This document shows positions 36,791 through 51,209 of a stretch of DNA of 64,000 bases, in pieces; the first letter of the stretch is position 1; each line of letters begins with the position of its first letter. The position numbers and the translations under genes were made by a program. The stretch lies in the NCBI GenBank assembly GCA_025201805.1, contig MU619261.1, positions 236,918 through 300,917 of the forward strand. Reading direction: 5' to 3'. The notes under the pieces were generated by a model. It was given only the letters and a program-made list of their open reading frames with translations, ran no database searches and had not been told where the DNA came from. Source of the stretch: Parasitella parasitica NRRL 2501. Lineage: Eukaryota > Fungi > Mucoromycota.

Positions 36791-38899
36791 TGTAAGAATT
36801 GAGGCTCTCGTTGTTAAAGAAAAAGGGCAAGAATGAATAAACAGGGAGAAGAAAGAGGGAGACATGTGCCATGAACGTCTTCCATTCTATATGGCAAAAT
36901 TTCAAGTTACACAATGCGTCATATGATTTTTCATATGAATATCTGGTATATGAATCTGTTGCTTCAATGAATTCGCTAGATTGTGATTACTAAAGTGAAG
37001 ACTTGCGGCTCGGAAAACTGTAAGTATGCTCTGCTGCCTTAGAACTGGAGTCTGCACAGCTTGAATTTCCTGCGAGACTGAGGAAGGAGTGAATTTCAAG
37101 TCTTTTAGAGAACATCACATTACCATAGGGGATCATTTCCCTTTATTATAAGTCTTGCGATATCTTGCTTTGGCCAATTGCATGAGCGGGTGTGTTGGGA
37201 GTATTCCGCTCGTAATAGTGCTGATTTCTTTATTGTATAATCCATACTGAAACTCAGTGACTTTTTCAAAAAGTGGATAAAGTCGATCTAGGGCTGCACA
37301 TTTTCGTTTTTCCCTGTTCGCGCAAAAAATGAAAAGTTACCTAACGCCGGAGAAGACGCGAAGCATATTGGATTGGATAAACTCTCAGAACGCTCATGTT
37401 AGGAGAGGCACAACAACAGCAACAATGGCAAATCAAGATGTAAACAAGCCAGCTGCAAGTCGTACGTAAAATGCCTAGATATTTAATCTACAAAAATCAA
37501 ATGATCTCACTCGATAATTGCAGAAAAGAAGAAAAGACGGCGACGCCCTCATAGAAAAAGACCGCGCAAACAGAACAAAGTGGTTTTACAAGAAGAGAAA
37601 GATAAGAGAGCGTTGCAGGAAGAGCAACAACAGCAACAGCAACATCAACAAGAGGCTCAGCAGCAGCAAGATGCGCAATATTAACTACGGAGATTCTGAA
37701 TACATCCATGTAAAGACACAAAGCCATGTATGATATCCTGATATATTTTAATTCAAATAACAAATACTGACTGATTTGAGTCTGCCTACTACTACAGTTG
37801 TTTAGTTACGCAAGGGTTTTCACATTATTGATAATCTATAATTGAACGCTAATTTCCAAAGGCACTTTTGCAGTTGTTCCAAGAATATCATACTTTCGTC
37901 ATCTATGCTTTATAGTCCATGTTTGTTATTGTGAGTTTACTTGTTTACTGGTCTTTTTTTTATACAGATGCCACTTGTTGCCTGCACGAAAGATACCGTA
38001 AACCCAATGAAGTTTTATCCATGTCAATCGTAGCTCTTTCAAGATGATAGATTTTGTAATGTTGCTTTATTGGCTTTATGCGCTGTCTCATAGTGCTCTC
38101 GTAAAACTGTTCTGGCAAGACATGCTAGCCTACATTTGCAGGTACTAGAAACCTTTACGCTATCTCTCTGAAATGGGTCGGCCTATTTTCTTGGGCTGTC
38201 AATGAAGCGCACTTCTCCCACTGCCCGTCTCTGCGAAGTTTCGTTATTTCTTGGTTTTTACATACATATTAGCAAATAAAAAGTAGACGTAGAACTATAG
38301 TAATTTTCAAAATGTTTTATTTACAAATCATTTTTATGTATATATAATACTATTCCTATATTGCAAAACTTGTTAGTAAATTGAATCGATATAACGTTGT
38401 TCAACAAGTTTGTATAATATTTCAGATACGCGACAATCGACATTCCATGTGAGCTTGTACAGGCTCGGTCCGTCCGCCCGTCGATATTTATCATCCTTAA
38501 AAGAATACCAACAAGAAATAAAAGCACTACCTACCATTTGAAATGGTGCACTCTCTATTCCTTACAAGAGTTACACTCACCAACCATGCAAGAGAGAGCT
38601 TTGTGCTTATCTAAAGGGTTCAATTTTAGTAAACTATTGGCCACAATCATAAACAAAAAGGATAAACGAAAAAAATACATCAAGGCAAAAAGAGTCAGAC
38701 AAGGCTGAAAACTTAATGTCTTTTTTAGGCAACATAATGGTAATTCAGGGATGAATATAATTCGGACAATTTATCATCATTCTCGCACCATGATTGTATT
38801 CTCGAAACCCTTTTTACAAGTTTATATATTTACCTTTAATGTTAGCTTTTCTTGAAGAAAGTAGAGTAGATGCCATAACACTTTTATACCTTTCAAAGA

Positions 38900-39900
38900 A
38901 AAATTTTTTGGGACTGCAAAGCCTTTTTGCATTCAATATCCGGGAAAGAGGATGCCCCCACAGCAATATAGCCAATCGAAATTGAATTGAGTTGCCATGT
39001 CTCCTATGACAACACATCGACGATGAATCATGATCTGATGAAAACTACACATGTTGGGCCCCTTATGGGAGGCTTTTCCATCATGTTCTGTCGCACTGAA
39101 GCAAGTAAGCCAAGGTTACATTTGAAAACTTTGGCATCTAGTTTCTCGACATGGAAAAATGCGACCAGATGTCCCAAGCAATATAGCAGCCTATCTGATA
39201 ATAAAATAAATCGTTACGGTCGAACAGTGAGCAACGAAAACTCTTTAAACATCATTGTTTTTGACAGCTGTATTTCTGCTACTGGCATACTTGCAACATT
39301 ATATGGCTGGCCTTTTACAGACGAGTCAGGAATGGTGTATTCTTGAGGATAATTTTGGTCCCAAACCATCGTGTATATCGAATACTAGATCTCAAGGTGG
39401 AAAGAATTTTGCGTTGAATTACTGTTAGAGCAGAAAAATCAGATCGATTGTGCCCGATACTATTTTGGAATATTCCATAAAAAAAACCAGTAAACACGAT
39501 GATCTTGTATAGTCATTTGAGTTTTGCAACAGCTGAGATGAGAAGGGAGAAACATGTGTGCGCATTCACCTACCTTAACTACATGTACATGCAAACATGA
39601 GTGAGAAGAAATTATTGGGCTATCAGCATTTGCAACGCCCTGGCGCTGATACATAAACGAGATTTGAGCCGCCTTGAATTACTATAGAAAACGTTGCGTA
39701 TGATATAATTACCCCTGTTTTCTAGTCTTCTACTGGTTGATTGATGTATTTTACGATACAAGGTTCCAAACAGTTGCATCGATTGTTTGGGCGTCAAAAC
39801 CATGAGATTAATAGAATATTGTAGGAAAAGCCTTTTCTACCAAGAGTTAATACTTCTCCTATATTATCGAAATGCGTTAAGGAGGTGGATTCACATGAAA
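38900..39900 (-). mobile_element. Possible decayed non-LTR (L1/Tx1-like) retrotransposon 3' region
   Basis: Fragmented minus-strand frames, including WFFLWNIPK*YRAQSI*F, resemble the zf-RVT-flanking W..FW...I..AR.IW motif. The region is gene-free with many stops. Confidence 0.3.
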
Positions 39901-41132
39901 TTGCGACGGACATGGTCTAAAATGGAAATTTTTCCTTTTCAATATATTATAAAAACATCAAAGCACACTTGCAACATTCTTTTTTTGTAATTAATATCAA
40001 AGAGGGTCCTTGGTTTTGATTGCAACAAAATCATAAACAGGACCATTGTCCCTCATGTTGCATGTATAACATGATGCCTCGGTATCCAAGGTAGATTTAC
40101 AATACCAATGGGGTATGATCATTTCGTGCTTGCAACATACAACTCCTAACAACAAGCATATGAAAATCCATAGTTATATTTTTATATTATGGGCGATCAT
40201 CTCACTACTCTATTAGTAAAATCGATTTTCCCCATCCTCAATAAACATCCATGTATCTATATATACATACAGGGAGTTGTTATATGCACGTAGATATGCA
40301 GTTCCATAGTAATAATAAATGAAGCATGCGTACAACTGTATACACTATACACAAACTTGCTGAAATGCAATTCAAGGTAAATTGATTAAATCATTCAAGC
40401 AGCATTTGAATTACCCTGCATATCTCAAAAAGTACACTGTATATACAATCGATACATATGCAAATAAAATGATATTCCGGCGTGTAACCAGCATGTTGAT
40501 TGTCTGGAGAAGTTTATACTCATCAATGTCGATCGGCATATATATATAGCATAGTGGTGAATACAATTGAGGCGTTTTACACCAACATCAGCCAGTGATA
40601 ATTGGTATTAATAACCCCAAAAGCAAAAACCATAAATATACTATACAAACCAACAAGTGTGCATAGAGAAATTAGCCGGGTTTATTGGATGTTGAGGCAA
40701 TGTAAGTTTACATCACCTACACTACTGCTACCATAGGTTTAATAGGGGATCTCACACACACACACACACACACTCGATAGCTTCTCCTAATGAAAAAAAA
40801 GGGAGGGGTTATGGAAAGTCTATTTGCCAACGGAGACAGCATAGGCAATTTATATGTCAAGTTACGCCCACCTTTTTGCCTTTTATTTGTAATACGGGAA
40901 GGAGAAGTTGGGGGGGGGGAGGGGGGCAATAATAAGTATGATATGATGGTGATGATTTTCCCCCCCTTTTATTTTCTACAACATGTATAAATTGGATCGC
41001 ATTAATACGACCCTTTTCTCTTTTTTTTCTTCTTTCTACAATCTCTTATTATTACCATCAATTCATTCTAATACCCAAATTCCTTCCATTCAAAAAAAAA
41101 ATTATACAAATATACCTTTTTTCTTTAATACC

Positions 41133-42313
41133 ATGACCTCGACTAATACCTCAGTTGCAACCACCCTACCTAATGGCACCCTAATTGATAATCTACGCAT
41201 TGTCGACGTACTTGGAAAAGGAGCCTACGGCCAAGTCTATCTTGGTCGCCACGAAGACAAAAACGAACTGTACGCCATAAAATCACTCCATCACACCAAC
41301 AAACAGCGAGCGTTGGAAAGAATGGAAATTGGACTTCATGCACGGCTTACAGGACATCCAAACATCATTCAATTGAAAAGGGTCATCCGCGATCAAGAGC
41401 TAGACTGGACACATGTTGTATTGGAATACGGTCCGGAAGGCGACCTTTTCTCTGCCATCACTGAACGAGATTTGTATGCAGGAAACCATCCACTCATTCG
41501 TCGTGTATTTTTGCAGCTGCTTGAAGCTGTTGGTTACTGTCATGACAATCATGTATATCATCGGGATCTCAAACCAGAGAACATCTTGGTGTTTGATGGC
41601 GGCAGAACTGTCAAGCTGGCTGATTTCGGTCTTGCCACAACAAACGCAATTTCTCAGGATTATGGATGCGGTAGCACATTTTATTATTCACCAGGTACAT
41701 GGAAACATCAGTGTTAAATGGGCAATGCAGAATATTAACGTGGTTTTATTTTAAAGAATGTCAAGGCGATTTGTTTCAAAACAGTTCTGACCGTGTTGGT
41801 TACGCAACAGGACCAAACGACATATGGGCATTGGGTGTCATTTTAATCAATTTAGCCACTGGCAGAAATCCTTGGACTCAAGCATCTTTGAAAGATGAAA
41901 CGTTCCGCGCATATTTGGCCGATCCAGATTTTTTGCTGTCCATTTTGCCCATATCTAAAGAGTTGAATCGCATTCTCAAGCGCATCTTTTGCATCGACCC
42001 CATGCGTCGTATTCGCCTGCCTGAATTAATAGAACGTATCCGCAACTGTAAATATTTCACCCGCACTGCTGAAGTCGACCGCTGGGAGCAGTGTATCCAG
42101 AAATCAAGAAGATCCCATCACCACCGAAAGCAAGAGCCTGTTGTTGATTTATTACCGCCTTCTCCACCTGCCACGCCTTGCTCTGGCCGCTCTCGATCTA
42201 GTTCGCCTGCTATCTGGCAGCAACGTATCGACCAAAACATCAATGAAAAACAACAAGAAAACGCTATGCCTGACTCAATCCTTACCTCTATGCTTACTAC
42301 ATTGGTAGTCTAA
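41133..42313 (+). CDS. Ser/Thr protein kinase, Ran1/Pat1 (Sks1/Vhs1) family
   Basis: LGKGAYGQV, YAIK, EIGLHARL, YHRDLKPEN, KLADFGLAT, GCGSTFYYSPE|CQG, DIWALGVILINLATGRNPW. Intron at ~41695-41756. Confidence 0.93.
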
Positions 42314-42684
42314 TCTATGCTCATCTCTACTCATTTATTCGACTCATTCATTTTGCATCTGTTTACAAGGTTGATCCTCGTAAAAAAAAAGACACACCTT
42401 CATTATCTCTATCCTTCAAGTATAATTTATGTATATTTTCTTTTTTTTTTCATTTCTTCGTTTATCTATTTATAAATATGTAAAAAGCAAGCAAGTAGTA
42501 TGAACCCCTTTGTCACCATCCCATGCTTAATAAAAATGATATTCCTTTATGTAAATATATACAACTCTACCTTTTTGCATTTACTAATAAAATAGAGACA
42601 TGCAGGGCTCTGTGTTATATTTATTACCACCGATCAAAAAAGGCATGCGTGGGAAAGGAGATATTTATTTGTGTATATGTCTAG

Positions 42685-44395
42685 CTAAAAGATGCTACTG
42701 TTACCCCAAGGCTGCTGCTGCTTATTGTTAGCGGTGTTGTGGAATGGATTTTTATTATTCAGTGGGGTAGGTGCAGCTACCATGATAGTCGGTTGCTGTT
42801 GTTGAGTGGAAAGTGTAAAAGGGTTACTACTCAATGATTGTTGAGGCTGCGGTGTTAGTAATGGTGGCTGCAAAGCAAGTGTACTACTGAAAGGCGTGTT
42901 CATTTGAGGCATGGTGCTTGCTCGGAAGGGATTGACTTGTTGATTACTTGTGGTAAGCGTTGGCAGCATAGGCTGTTGAGGAAGAGCCACGAATGGTTGT
43001 TGCACGCTGGCATTTGGTGGCGTATTTGTTCGGAATGGATTATGACCAGTAGGTTGAGAAGAGATGACAGGAATAAGCTGCTGCTGTTGATTGTTGTATA
43101 TGGTCACCGTTTCATTTTCAAGGCTTGCAAAGAAATCAGTCAGTTCTTTTGGCTGTCGAGTTTGCGCGTTAAAAGTAATTGTATTATTATCTTGTGGTGC
43201 TGCAGCTACGATTGATGTGCAGAAAAGTAAGTATCTACATATAATCTTTATTCGTCTGAAAACCACTTACTAGGTTCGGCGGTATTGCTGTGTTCTAGAG
43301 AAGGCTTGCTGTTGCTACTAATTTCGTTTGTATTGTCGAGATATTCTTGCAAAGCAGCAGCCAGTGATAAAGGAGCCTGTTTGCCTTGCAATTTTAGCAG
43401 AGAAACATCAGGTAAATCGAACACAAAACCACTTACATGCTTAACGGTCGGAATAGTCATACTCAAATCATTTTGCAGCCTTCGTGCTCTATCTAGAAAC
43501 ACACTTGTATCCTCTGTTTGTTTGGCAAATTTCTTGTAAATCTCGAGGCTGGTTCTAGCATCTTCCTTATCCATCGTGAAATAATGCTCCAGAATATTGA
43601 CAATCGATTCATTAATGACCTGAAATAAAATCACCAGATCCTCGACCAACAATCCATAGGCGTACAGGCTGATACCACTATCCACATCCTCCAAAATGAA
43701 ATTGCTCTTCAGGAGCGTTCCAATCTGCTTTTGCAGCACAATTGTCTCCTTCAAAAGCCCATCTTTCACTGGCAAACGTCTCAGCCTGCCTTCCTTGCCC
43801 CCCATTGTCTTTTTCACATAATCAACCCTTAAATGGCGATAGGCAATCACCCTTTGTTCCAAATAAGCAGTGTATAGATATATGTTTTGAATGTGGACCA
43901 CGCCTATAACCGCATGTTGGTATACTCCCCTTTGCTGCTTTACACGAATCAATGCATGCTTACCTGATGATTTCTCTCTTAATTTGCTTGTGTCTAATGC
44001 CGAGGGCTTTGTCTCAACGTAGGATATCACCTTTTCGCCATCCCCGAGTTTCATCAAAGTGTGAATGATGATCAGAACTTTGAATATAATCTAGCATAAA
44101 ACATGGATGTAGGGAGTTGAGTGAAAAATAGAAAATAAAAATAAAAAAAGATCCCTGTCTATAAGTTACATACTATCCATGAATTCTCTCTCAATCTTTT
44201 ATCGAGTATATCAATAATGCTGGCAGCATTTCCAGGGCTTTGAAACGTCAAGTTTATCAAAGCTACAAACACAAGTTGCTTATTATGGGGTTTTTTTTTT
44301 TTTTTCTTTTCTCGGTGCGATTTCTTACTCTGCAAATGCTTTTGCTTTGGTGGGTTATAGTCAAGTCTGGTTGCTTTTCTAACAGCTGCTTCCAT
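42685..44395 (-). CDS. ANTH-domain clathrin adaptor (AP180/Yap1801-like) with NPF motifs
   Basis: MEAAVRKATRLDYNPPKQKHL, RLRENSWI-IIFKVLIIIHTLM, LFQVINESIVNILEHYF; four C-terminal NPF motifs; multi-exon. Confidence 0.92.
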
Positions 44396-44558
44396 TAAAA
44401 ATAGGCGTATTAGATAGGATGGAGGGGGGGGGGGAGGAAAAAGAAGAAAGAAAAAAAAAAAAAAGAGAGCATTATCTTTAATTGCTTTATTTGGTCTCTG
44501 TAAAAATAGAGGGGATGTTCGATTACTATTTACAGCACAAATGCGGATGTTTACTATT

Positions 44559-45316
44559 CTACGTTGCTGGAGCCTTTCTCTTGCTAGCGATTTTTTTGAT
44601 CTGCGCCTGCACAAAGCCTGAGTCAAATAAATCAGTGAGTATTGATTCAGACTTATCGTTATCCTACTATACTCACCATAAAACCAGTAAATGTGGAGCG
44701 GGTAGACAATTACTGCGATAATCCACATGAACTGAATCCTGTAGTATCTTTTTAAAGCAACCGTCATCCATGCGTGGACCACAAGACGAAGCACAAAAAA
44801 CGTGGAGCCAAACAGAAGGTCGGATCTCCACGCTTGTGCCATGGAGCCTGCAGCAAGGACCAGAGTGGGCAGCTCCAAAATAGAGATGACAGTAAACATG
44901 GACGATATTTGCAGTCGAGGAAACCAGGAGAGAGTAAAGATGTAGAACAGATGGTGCACCCACCCGGTCATCAGTGTGATGCGCTTGGGATAATAGATGG
45001 AACCAAGCAGTAGATCCAGTATCAGGTACGAGATGAAGAAACACACGAAACCAGTGTGGAAGCGGCTGTCCATGGCAAGCAACTCCATGTCGAGATCGGC
45101 ATGGCAGAATTGGATAACAAACGGAATAGAGACGATGGTACATATTAGGCTGCTAACAAGCGTTAGGAACCAGCTTGATTGTCTTTCCTGCTTGACGCTG
45201 TCTTCACGACAGAGATGGTACCGAAACAGCAAGAAGCTGCCTCCGAGAACCAGGAAGCTTGCTGCGAAGGAAACAAGTACAGTGGGCTGTCCAAGCACTT
45301 GCGTTAACGAAATCAT
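44559..45316 (-). CDS. TLC (TRAM/LAG1/CLN8) domain membrane protein
   Basis: Multi-TM; SYLILDLLLG, TGWVHHLFY, LELPT, SDLLFGSTFFVLRLVVH, PLHIYWFYG. Intron at ~44618-44676; stop at 44559-44561. Confidence 0.85.
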
Positions 45317-45642
45317 GTATAGGTGTAGTAAAGGAGATTTTAAAGGAACAAGACAGCAGGAAGAAGAATCGTTTATATACAACATTGTGTCGACCCACCT
45401 CATGATCCACGTTCCACCGTTGAAACAACCAGTTCATACAACTTGTAGATCAACCCATGATCTGTCTACATACTCGACATACCTCAACCTTGGCCAGGTT
45501 GATTGGATTGACCTGGTTATCACAATTACACGCCACCAATCAATGCATAAAATCATTGACACGCATTAGATTAAATCTCGTGAAATTTCCAGATTTATAC
45601 ATGTCATTTGGAAGAGAGTTTTATTCAATAAAGACATGAAAC

Positions 45643-45948
45643 TTAAGCCTTGTAGGAGATGGCACCGTCGAAACGCTGCTTGAACCATTCCATGGCCTCT
45701 TCCTTCTTGATTTGGTGCTTGACACCGACCTTGGCCTTGCAGTGCTTTCTGCGGGCAACACGGTTACCGGGACGACCCATAACTACGTAGTAGTCCATAC
45801 CATAGATACCAATGGAGGGGTCATACTTGATACCCAAATCAATGTGTTCATCAATACCGAAACCAAAGTTACCAGTTTGAGAAAAGTTGCGGGCCTTGAG
45901 TTCGTATTCCTTGACCTTCAAACCACGTTCAAGGATTTCCTCAGCCTT
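45643..45948 (-). CDS. RPL11: 60S ribosomal protein L11 (uL5), 3' part; 5' part lies in the assembly gap
   Basis: [61 protein letters not shown]... Confidence 0.97.
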   Translation of the reverse strand, partial: KAEEILERGLKVKEYELKARNFSQTGNFGFGIDEHIDLGIKYDPSIGIYGMDYYVVMGRPGNRVARRKHCKAKVGVKHQIKKEEAMEWFKQRFDGAISYKA

Positions 45949-46753
45949 NNNNNNNNNNNNNNNNNNNNNNNNNNNNNNNNNNNNNNNNNNNNNNNNNNNN
46001 NNNNNNNNNNNNNNNNNNNNNNNNNNNNNNNNNNNNNNNNNNNNNNNNNNNNNNNNNNNNNNNNNNNNNNNNNNNNNNNNNNNNNNNNNNNNNNNNNNNN
46101 NNNNNNNNNNNNNNNNNNNNNNNNNNNNNNNNNNNNNNNNNNNNNNNNNNNNNNNNNNNNNNNNNNNNNNNNNNNNNNNNNNNNNNNNNNNNNNNNNNNN
46201 NNNNNNNNNNNNNNNNNNNNNNNNNNNNNNNNNNNNNNNNNNNNNNNNNNNNNNNNNNNNNNNNNNNNNNNNNNNNNNNNNNNNNNNNNNNNNNNNNNNN
46301 NNNNNNNNNNNNNNNNNNNNNNNNNNNNNNNNNNNNNNNNNNNNNNNNNNNNNNNNNNNNNNNNNNNNNNNNNNNNNNNNNNNNNNNNNNNNNNNNNNNN
46401 NNNNNNNNNNNNNNNNNNNNNNNNNNNNNNNNNNNNNNNNNNNNNNNNNNNNNNNNNNNNNNNNNNNNNNNNNNNNNNNNNNNNNNNNNNNNNNNNNNNN
46501 NNNNNNNNNNNNNNNNNNNNNNNNNNNNNNNNNNNNNNNNNNNNNNNNNNNNNNNNNNNNNNNNNNNNNNNNNNNNNNNNNNNNNNNNNNNNNNNNNNNN
46601 NNNNNNNNNNNNNNNNNNNNNNNNNNNNNNNNNNNNNNNNNNNNNNNNNNNNNNNNNNNNNNNNNNNNNNNNNNNNNNNNNNNNNNNNNNNNNNNNNNNN
46701 NNNNNNNNNNNNNNNNNNNNNNNNNNNNNNNNNNNNNNNNNNNNNNNNNNNNN
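45949..46753. other. Assembly gap (N run)
   Basis: About 805 Ns. Smaller gaps occur at 1929-1943 and 3769-3798. Confidence 1.
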
Positions 46754-47566
46754 AAAAAAAAAAAAAAAAAAAAAAAAAAAGATGGATTTTGAACATGGCT
46801 ATAGCTATTAGCAAGAAAAATTTGAGCAGCATAGGGCAATCACAGAAACGATGTTTACATACAGCAAGCATGTGTATATTTCGCAGACTTTGATATGTAG
46901 CATACGCCAGTAATGGTTCAGAGCAGAGCGAGTGATTTGTCAATGGCTAGCACTCACTGTTGTAAGAACAGGTACTATTAAACGCATACACGTAAAAACA
47001 ACGACTTGAACAATTGGCTTCATCAGTTGGTATTTTGCAACAAAAAATCAGGATGGCCTCATCCGAAACATTGGTTATCTCGGACATAACAACAGTAATA
47101 TCAGCGAGACGGTTTACTCATTTAAATGCCTTTCATGGTACATTATGCATCAAAAACTCTATACAACTAGTAATCGAGGGCTCATATTCACGTATTTGTA
47201 ATGATTTATCAGTTGCTGTGTGATTATGACACAAATATTTGTCTGCATAATTAAAGGATCCAATGCGTAGTAAACAGACCAGATACCTCATCATTGAGTA
47301 TATATACATATCTGTGATATTTATTTCCTTTGAATACATGTATGTTAGTTTTAACAAAATTACAAAAGGCTCAACAAGCACCAGGTCAAGTACAAAAAGG
47401 AAGGGGAATATGATGATAAAAAAAAAAAAAGGTGTGTGTGTGTGTGTGTGCTTCCCTGAAGAGAAGAAAAAATATAGTATACAGAATAATGAAAAAGATA
47501 TGTTATATAGTGTCTTGTTTTGTGTGTGGAGAATGCATTGAAAAATAGGTTTGGGGCTGTAGGAAA

Positions 47567-49236
47567 TCAAGCGGATACCGTAGTTTTGATCAAAGAATCG
47601 TTGGGAGGCGCCGCAGTGGAGGTATCTACGTCCATTTTTGTTTCTGGGGGTTTCTCATTGTGCCAGCGATGGTGGTGATGGGAAGGAGACTGATCATAAA
47701 TATGATATGGTCTATTTATGTCCGCTGGAGCCAGACTCTTTTGCTGCTGATGTTGCTGCTGAGCCAACATCTTTTGATGTAATTGCAGCTTTTCTTGAAG
47801 TTCGATCAATTGTCGCTGTTGGGTCTTGTGCTGCAATAAAGCTTTATCACTGCTGTTCGTATTTGCAGCAAAAGTTGTTTTGCTGGCAGGCTCTGCTCTT
47901 GGTGCTGCAGCAGGAGCGGCAGTTGTTGATTTTTTAAAATAAGGTTGACTACTCGGTGTCAAAGAAGACGGCCTGCTTAAGATACCCATCCGGCTTTCCA
48001 TTTCAACACGTACTTCCAAATTCTTGATCTTTTCTCGTAAATTTCGGTTTCTTTTGTCGAGGTACTTGATGTAATCAACCGCTTTAAATAAAACTGTGCT
48101 TTTAGAGTTGTTGATGTTTTTCAAGGTTGGGACAATTTCTGTTAGATCTTTGAATCCTGATCTGATCATACTTCGACGCTTTTGCTCTGATGCAATGTGG
48201 TTGTTTCGCTTTTCTTCTTCTGTTAGCAATTCCTTGTGTGGTTTGCCACGTCGAATAGCACCACCGCCACCGCCACCGCCACCAGCACCACCACCACTGC
48301 CATGAATACTACTGATGTTGCCATGAGTACCGCTGCTATGACTTGAGTTTGGACTATGTGAGACATCATTTTCATCATTCTGTTGTCTTGGTGCTAATGA
48401 TGCTTCACGCGAAACTGGAGGCTTGATAAAAGGAGTAGTAATAGCATTACTTTGTTGAAGGTAAACAGCATCTGGTCTATCCTGATGCTGTTGTTGCTGT
48501 TGTTGCTGTTGGTGCTGTTGGTGCTGTTGGTGCTGTTGGTGCTGTTGGTGCTGTTGGTGCTGTTGGTGCTGTTGGTGATGTTGGTGCTGATGGTGCTGAG
48601 GGTGCTGATGGTGCTGAGGGTGCTGAGGGTGGTGTTGCATATCAAGGTCTTTGTTAAAGTATCTCTTTTGTTCGTCCAGCGACTGAAGAATTGATGATTG
48701 CCGATGGTATTCTTCGTCTGGTTGATGGAAGGGATGCTGAGAATGTTGAAAATGATGTTGTTGGTGGTGGTTATCCAAAGACATGGGAGGAGGATGCTGA
48801 GTATCATACATTGTAAATTGAGGATCTATTTGCATGTTAGGATCAACGAAAAACTGGTCCAAAAATTCGCTGAACGCTCTATGGTCCTGCTCATCCAAAA
48901 CAGCATGATTCATGGACACAGGCATAGTTTCCATATTAAATAAATCAGTTTCACTCATAGGAGGGGGTGGTGGTGGTATATCGAGAGGAATTGGCATGGC
49001 AAATTCAGGATCTAAGCCCAAACTAAATTGGAAGTCTGTAAAGTGGTTTTAGGCTGGTGGTTCATTTACACGGCTTATTTTTTTTTTTTTTTTTTTTTTT
49101 TTTTACCTTCGAATGCAACAGGCTCTTGCAAGGGCGCCTCTGCCGATTGCCGCTGCTGGCTGCTACTGTAATCCACGAAATTCCAATCCTGCGCATTGTG
49201 CTGCTGATTGAATATATTGCTATTCTGGTAACTCAT
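47567..49236 (-). CDS. bHLH-leucine zipper transcription factor (Max/Mlx/Ino4-like) with poly-QH tract
   Basis: ELLTEEEKRNNHIASEQKRRSMIRSGFKDLTEIVPTL...SKSTVLFKAVDYIKYL followed by a zipper. Intron at 49036-49106; (QQH)n repeat at ~48485-48630. Confidence 0.92.
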
Positions 49237-49500
49237 CTTTTTGTAAATGTGTAAAAACAAAAAAAAACAAAAATATAAAATATAAAAAAGAAGAGTAAAA
49301 TATTTTTTCTTGTTCATATAAAGGAGATACGGTATTATCTCTACTTGCTACAACTCCGCATAAACAGGTGGTGGGTACATGTTGTTGAGTGATAAACTCT
49401 CACACTCTCATACAAATGCTGCCACCCCCCGCAAAAATGCTTTCACGTCCTTCAGTGTAACACATTCAATCTAACGCTAAAACCAATCACAGTTTATTAT

Positions 49501-51209
49501 CTAAATTGCACATTCTTTTTCCCAGTCTTCAGGCACTTGATCCTTGACAATCTTTTTGAATGCCTCAAAGGTACAGAGCGATTTATCGCCCAGTTTATGG
49601 CTCCCCTTGGCTTGACACCCAGGCAGCTCGAGCGTATCTTGGTTGTATTTGACTCGAACAAAATGCTGGTCCGACTCTTTTTGCTTGAATAATTCAAACA
49701 AGATGACGGACCCAAATGGAGGCCATCTAATCAAAGTGTCAAAACATCACCCGGCAGCTAAATTAGCTAAAATACAGTACCTGTTGTTAAACGCATCCAA
49801 AATGATTAAAAGTGGAGCAACGGTACTACCAATGACAAAAACCAGAGATTTAATACCAGATGAATATGTGTGGGTCACTTTCTACTTACGTATCATGGCC
49901 AGAGTAGATTGCCAATTTGAGCTTTTCATCATCATCAGCGCCGCCTTTTTCTCGAAGACTCATGCGATCGCGAATGACGCCCATTAGTCTGCCTAGACCG
50001 AGTCTACGAACTTCAGCAGAAGCTGTATGACCATAAAACCATTCCTTGACGACCACATCCTCCAAATCTCTCAATACACCATCATCAATGTCGGACGGCA
50101 ATTTTAATCCATGAGCCTTGGCGGCGACAAGCGTGTCTATATTGTATAAATATTAAAATTTCGGCTGGGCTTCCTAATGGGGCTTATACTTACCTAAAAC
50201 GCCGTTTGCAGATGGATGGCTATCCAAAGACACATCAGAAACATAGTTGGAGAGTCTCTTTGAAAGAGATTTAAATTTGTCTTGCATCATCAACGACACA
50301 GTCTTGTTGAATTCCTTGGACAACAGGCGGAGACGGTAGCAGTGAGGATTAGGGAACATGATATCATCTCTTGGATCTCTGTACGCATGACATAAAATTG
50401 AGTGGGAATGAAACACAAAGCTATTTCCCCTCAAACTACTTTACCTAATTCGAAGTTTCAAGGTAAAATCTTCAGGTCTTTTACCCTCGGGGTACAGCCC
50501 ACCAGCGACTAATTGCTGAACAGATTCCTGCGTGCGTATGTAATCACTGCTTCTTAAATAGATGGCTTCCTCATTGTACACATCGGGCAAAAAATGAAGT
50601 CTGTCACGATGTTGATTAAGCACAACTCAAAGGGCTTTTTTCCGTCGCACTTACTTGTTAATGTACATTTCTCTAATGCGTTCGCCTAGACTTGTCATTC
50701 TATATCTTCCTAAATTAGTCAATTGGCCGTAATAGCTATATTATAGATGTCAGTCCGTAATATGTCAATTTAACAAAAACGTAGATTCTCTACCATGCAC
50801 CGGATTTGATTGGCACAGAAAGGCTTTCTGTTTTTTGAGTTTCGACCATACGCTCTGTACGCACGGATGTCAAGCCTTGCAAATTCTCATTTTCGAATCT
50901 GGCAATGGTAGCAAACATGCTTGTATTGGCGTCGCAGAGGTTCCATACTGCAGGGAATATGCCTTCGAGACGTCTTCTCACTGGCGAACGCTCACCTATA
51001 ACAATACCGTCAATATTTCCTCGAATCGAGGTGCTACCGGCATAAAATTACCGTGTCTGTGAACAATCTGCAACAACCTGAATGCACAAGCAATTGGTGC
51101 ATAAGTAATTGGTAAGCAATAGCGCTCATCTATAGAATGCACACACATACCTCAATTCCAAGTCAGGAGGGTATTGCTCGTCTCTAAATTCAGGTAATTT
51201 GGCTGACAT
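49501..51209 (-). CDS. Histidine acid phosphatase (branch 2; ACP6/lysophosphatidic acid phosphatase-like), multi-exon
   Basis: QIVHRHG|ERSP, GQLTNLG, IYLRSSDYIRTQES, AIYSGHDT|TV, RWPPFGSVILFELF, FVRVKYN. Confidence 0.9.

Noticed and set aside
44159-45403. 414-aa ORF apparently fusing the TLC protein to the ANTH N-terminus
   Set aside because: It reads through a clear intron and homopolymer-rich intergenic DNA (poly-F, poly-P, poly-K); each gene has its own spliced stop and start.
45643-46943. Long ORFs containing X runs
   Set aside because: Artefacts of the N-gap; only the RPL11 3' part is real.
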